A DNA stretch of 64,000 bases from an uncultured Pseudomonadota bacterium (GTDB taxonomy: Bacteria > Oederibacteriota > Muellerivitia > Muellerivitales > Muellerivitaceae), in the NCBI GenBank assembly GCA_963770835.1, contig CAVYRH010000026.1, positions 64,001 through 128,000 of the forward strand. Direction: 5' to 3'. The notes under the pieces were generated by a model that searched no databases, was not told the origin of the DNA, and saw only the letters and a program-made list of their open reading frames with translations. The position numbers and the translations under genes were made by a program. Every line of letters starts with the position of its first letter. Within the stretch, counting starts at the first letter, position 1. Below are positions 47,958 to 57,852 of this stretch, one piece after another.

Positions 47958-49619
47958 TTGGCCGTGGGAGGACTGCTCCTTTTCCTCGCCCTGCAACTGT
48001 ATTTCTTCACCCCTTATTATGAACTGAACGACGACACCTTCAAAACCTTCTTCACCCAGGGCCTGGGGACGGAACTCGCGCCCAGCGAGTTCGCCGGCTA
48101 CTCCAACCCCCTTTGGGGCCTGCTGATAAAGTCCCTTTTCGCCCTTTTCCCCCACGTGCCCTGCTACGGCATCGCCCTTGTTACCATCCAGGCCCTGTCC
48201 TTCGGGGCCCTTTTATGGGCTTTTGGCCTCAGCCCCCACCCCGGCTTCAAGGCCCTCCTCTTCGCGGTTACCTTCCTGGGGGCGGGGGTTCATTTTTTCG
48301 CCCAAATCCAATTCACCGTAACCGCCCTGCTGGCCGTCCAATCCGCCCTTTTCCTCCTCCTCAGCCTTTGGCAAAACAAGCGTTTGGCCGGCTCGCCGGC
48401 GGCCCTGGGGCTTTCTGGATTCCTGCTTTTCGCGGGGTCCCTCATCCGGTTCGAGGCTTTCCTGCTGGCGATCCTCGCCTTCCTTCCCCTTTCGGCCCCC
48501 CTTTGGCCCGGAAAAAATAAAAATTTCCGTGAAACAGTTTCATCGCGGAAAGGTTATTTTTTGGCCCTGGGATTATTGGTCTTGGGCGCCGCCGCCTTCA
48601 GCCACTATTGGTACGCAAAAACCCCGGGCTGGAGCGACTTCAACCGGTTCGACCACGAGCGATTGGACCTCATGGATTACCGCATCGATCCCTACAACGC
48701 GGCCACCCAGCCCTATTTCGACCAGGCGGGATGGACCGAAAACGACTATCAGATGTTCAAGGACTGGTATTTCATGGACAAGGATATCTACGATCCGGAC
48801 AACATGCGCCGCCTGGCCGGGCATTTCCCGCGGGTGGGAGCGGAGGGCAAACCCTTCGCCTATCATTCCCTCCCGGAAACCCTCGCGTCCTTTTGGGGCC
48901 AAACCTTTTTGATGTACGTCTTCGCCTTCTTCCTCTGGGTCCCGTTGAAGCCCCTCCGCTTATTGGCCCTTCAATTCCTGTGGATCCTCGCCCTTTTCGC
49001 CTTTCTCGTTTATTTTTGGGGCGCGCGGGACAGGGTGACCCTTCCGCTGCTTTTTATGCTGGTGAACGCGGCCATTTACTTTTCCAATCCCGCCTTGGGG
49101 GAAAATCCGGGCTCCGGGGGGAGGTTCCGGAAGCTCCTCCTCAAGGCCGCCGCTATCTTCCTGGCGGTTTTGTTCCTGCTGGGGATGAATCTTTACTACT
49201 ACTCCTACCTGGGGAACCGGGACTTGCGGATCAGGGAAAAGGCCCTGGAAACCTGCCTCGCGGAATGGAAGCCCCGGGAGGACCATCTTTACGTGGTCTG
49301 GGACTCCAGCTTCCCCTACGAAGACCTCAACGTCTTCGACAACTTCGACGCCTTCCGGAAGCTCCATATCTTCCCGCTGGCCGTCTACCAGCGCAGCCCC
49401 AACGCCCAAAAAATGCTGGACCGCTTCGGGATCAAGAACCTCCTGCGGGACCTGGTGGACAATCCAAACGTTTCGCTGATCTGCTGGCCCCAGGAAGGCG
49501 CCCTTTACCACCAGTACATGCTGGAAAAATACCGGATGGAAATCACCGCTGAAAAAACCTATGACTGCCCTTTCTTCAAGGTGTACCGGATCCATTCAAA
49601 ACCTTCCCCGAAGGGCTGA
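47958..49619 (+). CDS. Polytopic membrane protein, possible GT-C-fold glycosyltransferase (start uncertain)
   Basis: ELNDD acidic motif after the first TM helix; many TM helices with large soluble loops. Confidence 0.6.
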   Translation: MAVGGLLLFLALQLYFFTPYYELNDDTFKTFFTQGLGTELAPSEFAGYSNPLWGLLIKSLFALFPHVPCYGIALVTIQALSFGALLWAFGLSPHPGFKALLFAVTFLGAGVHFFAQIQFTVTALLAVQSALFLLLSLWQNKRLAGSPAALGLSGFLLFAGSLIRFEAFLLAILAFLPLSAPLWPGKNKNFRETVSSRKGYFLALGLLVLGAAAFSHYWYAKTPGWSDFNRFDHERLDLMDYRIDPYNAATQPYFDQAGWTENDYQMFKDWYFMDKDIYDPDNMRRLAGHFPRVGAEGKPFAYHSLPETLASFWGQTFLMYVFAFFLWVPLKPLRLLALQFLWILALFAFLVYFWGARDRVTLPLLFMLVNAAIYFSNPALGENPGSGGRFRKLLLKAAAIFLAVLFLLGMNLYYYSYLGNRDLRIREKALETCLAEWKPREDHLYVVWDSSFPYEDLNVFDNFDAFRKLHIFPLAVYQRSPNAQKMLDRFGIKNLLRDLVDNPNVSLICWPQEGALYHQYMLEKYRMEITAEKTYDCPFFKVYRIHSKPSPKG

Positions 49620-51834
49620 GGTGCCCCTGAAGCCATTGAAGGAGGGCGGCGGGGGGCGGATTTTGCGGTTCCAACCTGCGGCATTGCTGGAAGTCCCAAA
49701 GAGCCTGCCGGTAATTTTTTTGGTCCATTTCCAATTGGGCCAGGTAGCGGTAAAACTTCGGCGACTCATAACCCGTTTGGAGGGCGGAATGAAACAAGAG
49801 GAGGGCCTGCCGCTCATCGTGTTTAAGGTCCCTTTCGTCCTCCCCCAGCCTTTCCAAAAAATAACCCTTCCGCCACCGCAGGGCCGGGTCCAAACCACAA
49901 ACCCGGATTTCCTCCCTCAGGCATTGCATGGCTTCCTCTTGGGGGATCTTGTCCATTAAATCCGCTAATTTTTCCCAATAACAAGACTCCAGGAAAGTGT
50001 CACCTTGAAAAGAGCCCCGGCATGACTTCAAGCTTTCCACGGCCGGCCCGTAGTCCGGGTTCGCGATGTGGTAAGGCATCAAGCCGAAAAGGCCCTGGAT
50101 TTGGCGGTGGGCTTCCAGCCATTTTTGGAGCACCGGAGCGGCTTGGCTGTCCAAAGGTAAGAGGAACAAAACCAGGTTGCCTTCCAATGCCGGCAATCCA
50201 TCGAAGAGCGGGTAGTTTTGGGAACGGGGGAAGCGGCGGGCGAAGTAGGACCGGAAGGAATCATCGGCCAGGACCGCGGCCCAATGGGCTTTTTGCGGGT
50301 CGAGAGCCGGGTTTCTCGCGGCGTTAAAGGGATAGGTTGAAATCAGGAGGGATTGGTCAAAAATATTGGGCACGAACTCGGTGAGGATCAATCCGGGACC
50401 TTCCCTGGCCTGGACCAGGTCCAGGATCTGGAAAGCGCGGTACCTTTCGGGTGATTTCGAATCGTTGGAATGGGCGCCCGGAACGGCCCACTGATGGTAG
50501 GGAAAACCCAAGTGGCAAAGGTCCAGGCCGGCGGAAAAGCTGGCGGAAAGGACCAGTGCCATGATTCGGCGGCGCTTGGGAAACGCCAGGAGCCATCTCC
50601 TCCATCCTACGGCGGCCACCACCACCGCCAGGGGCAGGAGGGGTAGGATGCGCATGACCTCGACGTTGGCGGAAAGAACGCCGGGCAGTAGCCCCAACGC
50701 CAGGAGCCCTACCGTCCCGAAAAAGAAAAATTTCCGGCGATTCCCGAAAATCTCCACGATCCCCAATAAAAAGGCCGCGCCGAGGATGGGATTGAAAAAG
50801 CCACCCCAAAGTGGCCCAAAATTAAAATAGGATTTGTCGACCGTTCCCCACAGCAAGGCCGTGACATAAGAGAAAGAGACCGACAGTTGATGGAGGGAAA
50901 GGGGCTGGGAGAAAATGAGGTAATGCTGTACGTGACCCGCCAGGACATTCCGGAAAATCCCAAGGGAAATCGGCAGGGCCAGGAGAAGAACCGGCAGGGC
51001 AAAAGCCAAAACCGGCCCCCATCGTCCTGGCTTTTCCCGCAAGGTCTTCCGCAAAGCCCCAACACTTAACACGAAGATAACCGGAATGGACAGTATCCAA
51101 ACATATAAACCTGAACCGAGCCCCAAGCCCAATCCCAAGGCGGTAAAAATCCGGTTTTTTCCGGGGCGGCTTTGAAGGAAAAGCGCGAAGAGGCCCAGAC
51201 AAAGGCATTCCCAAGCCGTGAACAATACCATGATTTGACAGAAGGTGCCCAGGAAGAGGGGCCAAAAGCTGAAAGCCAGGATCAAGGCGCAAAAAAAAGA
51301 AAGGGATTTGGAAAAATACCTCCGACAGGCCCAGTAGCCCGCCAACAAGACCAGGATGGACAATAAGCCGGGAAAAAACCAAAGGGAAAAAAGCGAGGGG
51401 GGAAACAGCCTGTAAAACAACGCCAACATCCAAAAAAAGAGGGGCGGATCGGATTCAGAGGAATAAAAGAGCTGCCAGTGCCAATGTTGCGCTTGGCCAA
51501 TGGAATAATAGCTGCTGAGGGCGTCGTCCCACATGGGCCAAACCAAGAGGGGGCGCGAGAAACACAACCTCAGCGCGGCCGCGCCCCCCCAAAACACGAC
51601 CCAAAACCAAGCCGGGAAGGAAGCGGGGAAATCCCGCCCCTTCCATGGTCCGGCTGTTTTGAAAGCTAAAGCCAAAGGAAGCAGGATTCCCAAGACGCCC
51701 ACACAGCATTTCGTGGGAAGACCCGATGGGAGGTAAGCCAGGAAAAAATTGACTGCCAGGAAAATCCCCAAATAGGCACGGGGGTCGTAGGGACGTCGAA
51801 GCAGCTGTTGAATCCTATTTTCGGGGGAGTTCAC
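49576..51834 (-). CDS. GT-C membrane glycosyltransferase with C-terminal TPR, paralog 3
   Basis: WPMWDD, PPLFFW, PLWGGFFNP, KSPERYRAFQ, YPFNAARNP, FLESCYWEK, TPR-like tail. Confidence 0.75.
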   Translation of the reverse strand: MNSPENRIQQLLRRPYDPRAYLGIFLAVNFFLAYLPSGLPTKCCVGVLGILLPLALAFKTAGPWKGRDFPASFPAWFWVVFWGGAAALRLCFSRPLLVWPMWDDALSSYYSIGQAQHWHWQLFYSSESDPPLFFWMLALFYRLFPPSLFSLWFFPGLLSILVLLAGYWACRRYFSKSLSFFCALILAFSFWPLFLGTFCQIMVLFTAWECLCLGLFALFLQSRPGKNRIFTALGLGLGLGSGLYVWILSIPVIFVLSVGALRKTLREKPGRWGPVLAFALPVLLLALPISLGIFRNVLAGHVQHYLIFSQPLSLHQLSVSFSYVTALLWGTVDKSYFNFGPLWGGFFNPILGAAFLLGIVEIFGNRRKFFFFGTVGLLALGLLPGVLSANVEVMRILPLLPLAVVVAAVGWRRWLLAFPKRRRIMALVLSASFSAGLDLCHLGFPYHQWAVPGAHSNDSKSPERYRAFQILDLVQAREGPGLILTEFVPNIFDQSLLISTYPFNAARNPALDPQKAHWAAVLADDSFRSYFARRFPRSQNYPLFDGLPALEGNLVLFLLPLDSQAAPVLQKWLEAHRQIQGLFGLMPYHIANPDYGPAVESLKSCRGSFQGDTFLESCYWEKLADLMDKIPQEEAMQCLREEIRVCGLDPALRWRKGYFLERLGEDERDLKHDERQALLLFHSALQTGYESPKFYRYLAQLEMDQKNYRQALWDFQQCRRLEPQNPPPAALLQWLQGHLSPSGKVLNGSGTP

Positions 51835-51875
51835 CCGGGGATTTTACCTAAAAAAACAAGCCCCCATGGTGGATT

Positions 51876-52235
51876 TCAGGCCGAACAGGCCTCAAGCCAT
51901 TGGGAAAGGTGCCGGTCGATGCCGCTCAAGCGCTTAGCCCAGCGGTCATGGAGCTCGGTCGAGAGCAGGTTTTTCCTCAGGCAAAGGCTCATCAAGGGGA
52001 CGCACTCGTGGGTCATAGCCAGGGCCTGCTCCAGGAATTTCCCGGTGCGGGCCGGGCTCTTCGAATCCTTTGCTTTTTGGACGGCCTGGGAAAGTTCGTG
52101 GACCTGGCGTTTCAGGCGCGAGACAGCCTCGTGCTTCAAGGCCCAGGGGAGGTTCTGGTAGGTCTTGTTGATCTCCCCGGCCAGGTCGTCGCAGAGGGCG
52201 GGAATGTTCACATTCAAGTAATCCGATGACGCCAT
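51876..52235 (-). CDS. Four-helix-bundle protein (23S-IVP/Avd-like superfamily)
   Basis: 119 aa, helical; LP..LK....RLKR, FLEQA....HEC..L..L, RL.GI.R.L.QW pattern. Confidence 0.6.
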   Translation of the reverse strand: MASSDYLNVNIPALCDDLAGEINKTYQNLPWALKHEAVSRLKRQVHELSQAVQKAKDSKSPARTGKFLEQALAMTHECVPLMSLCLRKNLLSTELHDRWAKRLSGIDRHLSQWLEACSA

Positions 52236-52260
52236 AGGCTTTCCTCCCCTTCTGGGATGG

Positions 52261-54375
52261 TTACGGCGAAAGATAACCAGCGGCTTGGGTCAGGTTCAAG
52301 GGAGCCCGCATGGCCTTTTCGAAGGCCCGCCGGGCCTCCTGGGGGTGCTGTTCCATCAGTTCCAGCGCACCCAAATGGAAATAAAGATGGGCCGATGGCA
52401 CCTCCCCCCGAACCGCCTGTTCCAAGGCTTCCCGGGCCTCTTCCAAGAGCTTTCCACGGTCTTCCACCCGGGCTTCGAACGAGAACTTCAGGTAAAGATC
52501 CGACATTTTCTCCCAATAAAAGGAATTTAAAAAGGGATCGGTTTTGAAAAAGGGATAGGCTTCCCGCAAGGCCTGAAGGGTTTCCTCCCCGTCCTCACCG
52601 GAGAGGCGGCCCAGGCTTTTATCAATAAACGGTTTCAACGAAGCTGAGGCCTTTCCATATTGCTCCAGGAGTTTCGGGCCGAAAGAGTCCGTGGGACAAA
52701 CCCAGAGCATCCATCCCCCGTCAGGGGGAAGGGGCGCGGGGGAAAGGACGTAAGCCTTGGCTTGGGGAAACCGCCGGGCCAGGAAAGGGCGGTCGTTGAC
52801 GTTGGCTAGGAAGGCCACCCAATGGGCATCGGAGGCGTGAAGCGCGGGGTTCTGGGCCGCGTTATAGGAATAGGACGCCACCGTCAGCGTCTGGTCGGGG
52901 AGGCCCGGCACGAAATCAGAAAAGATCACACCGGGGCCTTGTTCCTCTTTTATTTTTTCCAGCAGGCCGTAGGCCCGGTAACGCTCGATGGATTTGGCCC
53001 AACCCCTCCAATTGTCCACATCGTTCCACAAGCGGCCGTAGATCCCGTACAAGTGAAAGGAATCCAGGGACCCTGAAAGGAGGAGGAGGCCCAAAACAAC
53101 CGCCATCGCCCTATTCTTGGGGAAGCGGCCCAGCCAGGCGGCCATCCCAAGGGAAGCCATCCCGAAGAGGATGGGGATGACCGGCACCATGCGGAAAGTT
53201 TCCCGGTCCGAGGTGGCCATGGCTGGCAGCACAAAAAAAATCAGGCACGCCAAGAGCCAACGGTAAAGCCCCTCTTTTCGCCTTTTCCAGGATTCCAGCA
53301 GTCCGAGGAGAAAAAGACTCCCCAATAGGGGGTTCAGCAGTCCCCCCCAGACCGGTTGGTAGGTATGAAAGCGGGGGTCCATGCCCCAAAAGAGGGACGA
53401 AAGATAAGAAAGGGAAACGGCCCATTGATTGGAAGCCGAAAAGTCCCCATGGGAAACGAGGCCTAGGACAAAGCGGCCATATCCATCGAGAAAAACCCCG
53501 ATCACTATCGGCAAGCCTAAGAGGGCGCAGGGTCCCAGGAACCAAAAAAAAGCCGCTCTTTCATCCGGCCCAGCCCGCGGCTTCAACCAAGCCAGAACCA
53601 GGGTTAAAAATACCACCGCCGCCACGATCGGCCAATGGATATGAATCCAAAAACCCAGGCCCGTGGCCGCTCCCAGCATGGCCCCCGCCCGCTTGCGATC
53701 CTCCGCATGGCGGCTCTTCAAGGCGAGGCCCAAAAGCCAGAGGACCAGCGCTTCCCATGTCAGGACCAGGCCGGTCATAAAAGAAAAACGCCCCAGCAAC
53801 GCGGGCCAAAAGCCCAGGGCGGTAAAAGCGGTAACGCAGAAGGCAAGGGAACGGGAAAAATACTGGCGTGAAGCGCCATAGGCCAGGGGAATGGCGGCCA
53901 GGGAAATGAAAGCAGGGAAAATCCAAAGGGATAACAGGGAAGAACCGAAGATTTTTAAAAAAAGGGCCAAGCCCCAGATGTAAAAGGGCGGCACCCGGCT
54001 GCCACCGTAAAAAAGACGCCAGGTCCAATGCTCGTCGAGGTTCAAGGCGTAATAACCGTAAACCCCTTCATCATAATGGGGCCAAACCGAGAGGGTGGTG
54101 AGCTGGAAAAACCGGAGGAAGACAGCCCCTAAAGCCAGAAAAATCCAAACCCAAAAGGGTACCGGCGGAAGAAATTCCTTTTGAAGCAGGTCTTTCGAAT
54201 CGGATTGAGAGGGTAAGTAAAAAAAGGCAAACCCGAAAGGCAGGAGGATGCCGAAAAGGCCGATCCAGAGTTTCGCTTCCAAGGAAAAGGAGAAATAGGA
54301 AAGAAGGGTATTGGCGGCCAGGAATATCCCGAAATAAATCCAAGGGCGGAAGCGGGGAAGCCGCTGGGGGTTCAA
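52261..54375 (-). CDS. GT-C membrane glycosyltransferase with C-terminal TPR, paralog 2
   Basis: WPHYDE, PPFYIW, QPVWGGLLNP, GPGVIFSDF....DQTL, DPFLNSFYWEK, AHLYFHLG. Confidence 0.75.
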   Translation of the reverse strand: MNPQRLPRFRPWIYFGIFLAANTLLSYFSFSLEAKLWIGLFGILLPFGFAFFYLPSQSDSKDLLQKEFLPPVPFWVWIFLALGAVFLRFFQLTTLSVWPHYDEGVYGYYALNLDEHWTWRLFYGGSRVPPFYIWGLALFLKIFGSSLLSLWIFPAFISLAAIPLAYGASRQYFSRSLAFCVTAFTALGFWPALLGRFSFMTGLVLTWEALVLWLLGLALKSRHAEDRKRAGAMLGAATGLGFWIHIHWPIVAAVVFLTLVLAWLKPRAGPDERAAFFWFLGPCALLGLPIVIGVFLDGYGRFVLGLVSHGDFSASNQWAVSLSYLSSLFWGMDPRFHTYQPVWGGLLNPLLGSLFLLGLLESWKRRKEGLYRWLLACLIFFVLPAMATSDRETFRMVPVIPILFGMASLGMAAWLGRFPKNRAMAVVLGLLLLSGSLDSFHLYGIYGRLWNDVDNWRGWAKSIERYRAYGLLEKIKEEQGPGVIFSDFVPGLPDQTLTVASYSYNAAQNPALHASDAHWVAFLANVNDRPFLARRFPQAKAYVLSPAPLPPDGGWMLWVCPTDSFGPKLLEQYGKASASLKPFIDKSLGRLSGEDGEETLQALREAYPFFKTDPFLNSFYWEKMSDLYLKFSFEARVEDRGKLLEEAREALEQAVRGEVPSAHLYFHLGALELMEQHPQEARRAFEKAMRAPLNLTQAAGYLSP

Positions 54376-56513
54376 GGCTTCCGCTCCATAGGGGCGGCGG
54401 GTGAAAGCTGGGCCAAAAGCAATCGGGATTCGGTGAAATCCAAGGGAGCCCGGACCGCTTCCTGGAAGAATTGATGGGCCTTGGGAGGATCGTTTAAGGC
54501 CAGTTGGAGAACCCCCAACCGGTAAAACAAGTGGGCGGCGGGATAACCCGAATGGACCGCCTGTTCCAGGGCTTCCACGGCATCGTTCATTTTACCGGCC
54601 TTGACCGAAAGGTCCGCCATTTTTTCCCAATAGCAGGTCTCCAGGAAGGAATCCTTTTGAAAAAGGCCATGCACCGCGAGAAGGAAAGGACGGACTTTCT
54701 CCAGGGGGTCGCCGCTGTTGTAGTTCAAATTTTGAAGGTAGGCGTCGATGAAGCCGTCCAGGGTCTGGTCCGCCTCCCGCCATTCCAAAAAGACGGGACG
54801 GTTGGCCGGGGAAAGGGGAACCAGCCATAGCATCAAACCGCCGTCCGGGGGATGGAGGTCCTTCGAGAGCCAGTAACTTTTGCCGGGGCCGAAACGCTTG
54901 ACCAGGAAGGGCTGCTCGTTCACGTTGGCCAAAACGGCGGCCCACCGGGCCGATCCGGGGTCCAACTTCGGATTAGAAACGGCGTTGAATCCGTAGTCGG
55001 CGATATCCAATGTCTGGTCACAGCTGCCCGCCGGGAAATCGGAAAAAACCAAACCGGGGCCCTCGGCCCGGGCTTGGGCCTTGAGGACGCCAAATGCGCG
55101 GTAATAATTAATGGATTTTGTGAATTTCAACCAATAAGCCGGATCATCCCAGACCCGATGGAGGGGTCCGGCCAAGTGGAAAAAATCCAGTCCAAAGGAT
55201 AATGCCAAGAGCGCGCCTAAAAGGAGCAAGGGATGCCGGTAGGGGGGCAGGGAAACCACTAAACGGGCCAGGCCCAGGGCCGCCAGCGGCACGGTGATGA
55301 CGGCGGCGGCGGCGATGCGGAAAGTTTCGGAGTCATGGCTTAACATCCCCGGAAGCAACAAGAAGAGGAACGCCGCCACCAGCCAACGTCCCAGTGGAGT
55401 TCCGGACCGGATTGCCTCCAGGAAACCGCAAAAAACGCAGGATCCTAAAACCGGATTTAAGAACCCTCCCCAAATTGGCTGGAAAGTGTAGTACGAAAGC
55501 GGCAGTCCCCAAAAAACGGCGCTCCAATACGAAAGGGAGACTTCCATCCGGTGCCACGAGAGGGGGGACCCTTGATGGGTCCAAAGCATTTGAAGGTAGG
55601 GCGGCAATCCAGCGCGTCCTAGGTGGACCAGAAACGGCAGGATGACCGCGGCTAAAGACAGGCCGAAAGCCAGCGGCACCCAAGGTGACCGCCGGAAAGC
55701 CCACGCGACGGTCAGCCCTACCAGCAGCGCCACCGCCATCCACTGGAAATAAACGGCGTAAAAAGTCAGGCCGACAGCCAATCCCAAAAGAAGGGCCGCA
55801 GCCATCCTTGGGCGGGGCCGGGCCGCGCGGAACAAGAGGGCCAGCGGGATCAAGACAGCTGTTTCCACAAGGGGGATGAGGCATACGAAGCTGGCGAAGC
55901 GCCCGATGTACCAAAACCAAAAGCCCAAAGCCCCTAGAGCCGCGCAAAGAAAGGAAAAGGACCTGGAGAAGTTCCATTGGCGGCAGGCAAGGTAAGCCAG
56001 GGGCGGGAAGCCCAGGGAAAAAATCAGGGGCGAGGACCACAAGCTCCCAATGGAAGGCCCCTCCAGCCTAAAGCAAAGGCTGAGCCACCATTGGTAAAAA
56101 GGAGGATGCTGGGCGCCGCTGTACAAAAGCCGGTCAATTCCCATCCGCATGATCCGCAGGGCGTAGAAGCCCACGATGCCCTCGTCCGAATGGGGCCACA
56201 CGAAAAGGCCCATCAGTTTATAACCGCGAACGAAAATGGCCAGAGCTGCGACAAGGACCCAAACCCAAGGAGGCACCGCCGGCAGGAATTCCTGGAAGTA
56301 GAGCGGTTTTCCGGAGGGGCCTGGAACATAGGTTTTCCATGCCACGAAAAAAAGCAATAGGAGGCCGGGCAGGCCGGTCCAAAGTTTGGTTTCCAAGGGC
56401 AGGGGGGCGTAAGAAAGAAGGAGATTGGCGGCAAAGGTAATGAAGAAGTAAGCCCAGGGATGGTAGGAAAAGAAAAAGGCCTTAAAGGGGGGAAGTTTCA
56501 ACATCGGAACCAT
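54372..56513 (-). CDS. GT-C membrane glycosyltransferase with C-terminal TPR, paralog 1
   Basis: WPHSDE, PPFYQW, QPIWGGFLNP, GPGLVFSDF....DQTL, FLETCYWEK, AHLFYRLG; ATG 56513 lies 1 nt after the hpnE stop. Confidence 0.75.
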   Translation of the reverse strand: MVPMLKLPPFKAFFFSYHPWAYFFITFAANLLLSYAPLPLETKLWTGLPGLLLLFFVAWKTYVPGPSGKPLYFQEFLPAVPPWVWVLVAALAIFVRGYKLMGLFVWPHSDEGIVGFYALRIMRMGIDRLLYSGAQHPPFYQWWLSLCFRLEGPSIGSLWSSPLIFSLGFPPLAYLACRQWNFSRSFSFLCAALGALGFWFWYIGRFASFVCLIPLVETAVLIPLALLFRAARPRPRMAAALLLGLAVGLTFYAVYFQWMAVALLVGLTVAWAFRRSPWVPLAFGLSLAAVILPFLVHLGRAGLPPYLQMLWTHQGSPLSWHRMEVSLSYWSAVFWGLPLSYYTFQPIWGGFLNPVLGSCVFCGFLEAIRSGTPLGRWLVAAFLFLLLPGMLSHDSETFRIAAAAVITVPLAALGLARLVVSLPPYRHPLLLLGALLALSFGLDFFHLAGPLHRVWDDPAYWLKFTKSINYYRAFGVLKAQARAEGPGLVFSDFPAGSCDQTLDIADYGFNAVSNPKLDPGSARWAAVLANVNEQPFLVKRFGPGKSYWLSKDLHPPDGGLMLWLVPLSPANRPVFLEWREADQTLDGFIDAYLQNLNYNSGDPLEKVRPFLLAVHGLFQKDSFLETCYWEKMADLSVKAGKMNDAVEALEQAVHSGYPAAHLFYRLGVLQLALNDPPKAHQFFQEAVRAPLDFTESRLLLAQLSPAAPMERKP

Positions 56514-56514
56514 T

Positions 56515-57852
56515 TTAGGGTCTTCGCGAAAGATATTCCCGAACTTTTTCCGCGGCGCGGTGGCCCGAAAGGCAGGCGCCTTCCAGGGTGGCGGGAAGGC
56601 CCGTGTTGGTCCAGTCCCCGGCCAGGAAGACATTGGGGTAGGGCGTTTCACAAGGCGGGCGGAGCCTGTCCGTTTCCTTGTTCCAAACGAAAGTGGCGGC
56701 CATTTCCCGCGTGGCCTTGGAATAAAGCACGGAAGCCCCAGCGGCCGCGGGACACTTCGCCCGCAATTCCACCAAGGCCAAGTCCACCAGTTCAGGGTCC
56801 TTCAAGCGGCCCAGGTCTTCCGCTGCGCTGGCCGTAAAGCTCAAGTATTGGCCTTGCCCCTTCCAAGACCAATTGGCGTTGCGGTTGAAAACCCACTCGA
56901 ACCTGGCGCCCGAAAGCCCGACGAGATGGCCTTCCATGACCGGCTTGGAAAGGATGACGTGGACGGAAACAATGGGGGATTTTCCCATTTTGGAGAAATG
57001 GGAGGTTGTTTCCCAAGTCCCGGCGGGCCAAAGGGCGGAGAGGGAAGTGGGCGGCACGGCGAAAACGAGGGCATCGCCGGGATAAACGGCACCAGAACGG
57101 GTTTTAATTTCAAATACTCCCTCTTTAACAGTGAATTCCTGGACCCCCTCATGAAAAAGAACCCGCCCCCCTTTTGCTTCCAGGCACTTCCGGGCTTTTT
57201 CCGAAACCAGGTCGCCCAGGGGGAACCGAGCGATCCCTAAGGCGCTGTCCCGGCGGTTCCCGAAGAAGACCCGGTGAAGCACCTCGCCCAGGCCCAGGAG
57301 GGGCGCGACGGCGGGGGGAACGTTCATGACACTATCGCAAAGGGGCACCCAAAAGCGCTCGCGGGAGTGCGGGCCCTGGCCGGTGGTATCGAGGAACTGC
57401 GCCACGGTTTCCGCGCCCGACGGAATCCGAAAAGGTTTTTTCGAGAAAGCCGAAAGGGCCTTCGACATGGAAATTTTTTCCTTCCATGGAAAAGCGTTGG
57501 AAGTGAGGAGACCCCAAACCAGATGGAAAGGAGCGGGCAGGGGGGCGCATTTCAGCGAGACTTTTTTCCCGCCAGAAGTGAGCCAGGAAAGGGCCAGGGG
57601 ATCAATCCAATGGAAGGCGCCGTTCATCCCGATTCGCTCCAGCATCCGGAGGGTTTCGGCGTAGCAACCCATGAAAAGATGGGGGCCGTTGTCCATGGGC
57701 GCGGGGAAGGTTTCGGAGGCCGGGATGGAATAGGCCCGGCCGCCCAGGGAGCCGCGGGACTCCAGGAGGTCCACGGAAATACCCTCTTCGGCCAGGGCCG
57801 TGGCGGCGGCGATCCCGGCATATCCCCCTCCCACGACGATCACTTTTCCCAT
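56515..57852 (-). CDS. hpnE: Hydroxysqualene dehydroxylase
   Basis: VVGGGYAG, GGRAYS, DNGPHLFMGCY, LAGDWT.TGLPATLEGA..SG; TGATG coupling to hpnD. Confidence 0.9.
   Translation of the reverse strand: MGKVIVVGGGYAGIAAATALAEEGISVDLLESRGSLGGRAYSIPASETFPAPMDNGPHLFMGCYAETLRMLERIGMNGAFHWIDPLALSWLTSGGKKVSLKCAPLPAPFHLVWGLLTSNAFPWKEKISMSKALSAFSKKPFRIPSGAETVAQFLDTTGQGPHSRERFWVPLCDSVMNVPPAVAPLLGLGEVLHRVFFGNRRDSALGIARFPLGDLVSEKARKCLEAKGGRVLFHEGVQEFTVKEGVFEIKTRSGAVYPGDALVFAVPPTSLSALWPAGTWETTSHFSKMGKSPIVSVHVILSKPVMEGHLVGLSGARFEWVFNRNANWSWKGQGQYLSFTASAAEDLGRLKDPELVDLALVELRAKCPAAAGASVLYSKATREMAATFVWNKETDRLRPPCETPYPNVFLAGDWTNTGLPATLEGACLSGHRAAEKVREYLSRRP

Noticed and set aside
51876..52235. Diversity-generating retroelement
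   Set aside because: Only an Avd-like fold; no reverse transcriptase and no adenine-specific TR/VR repeat pair seen
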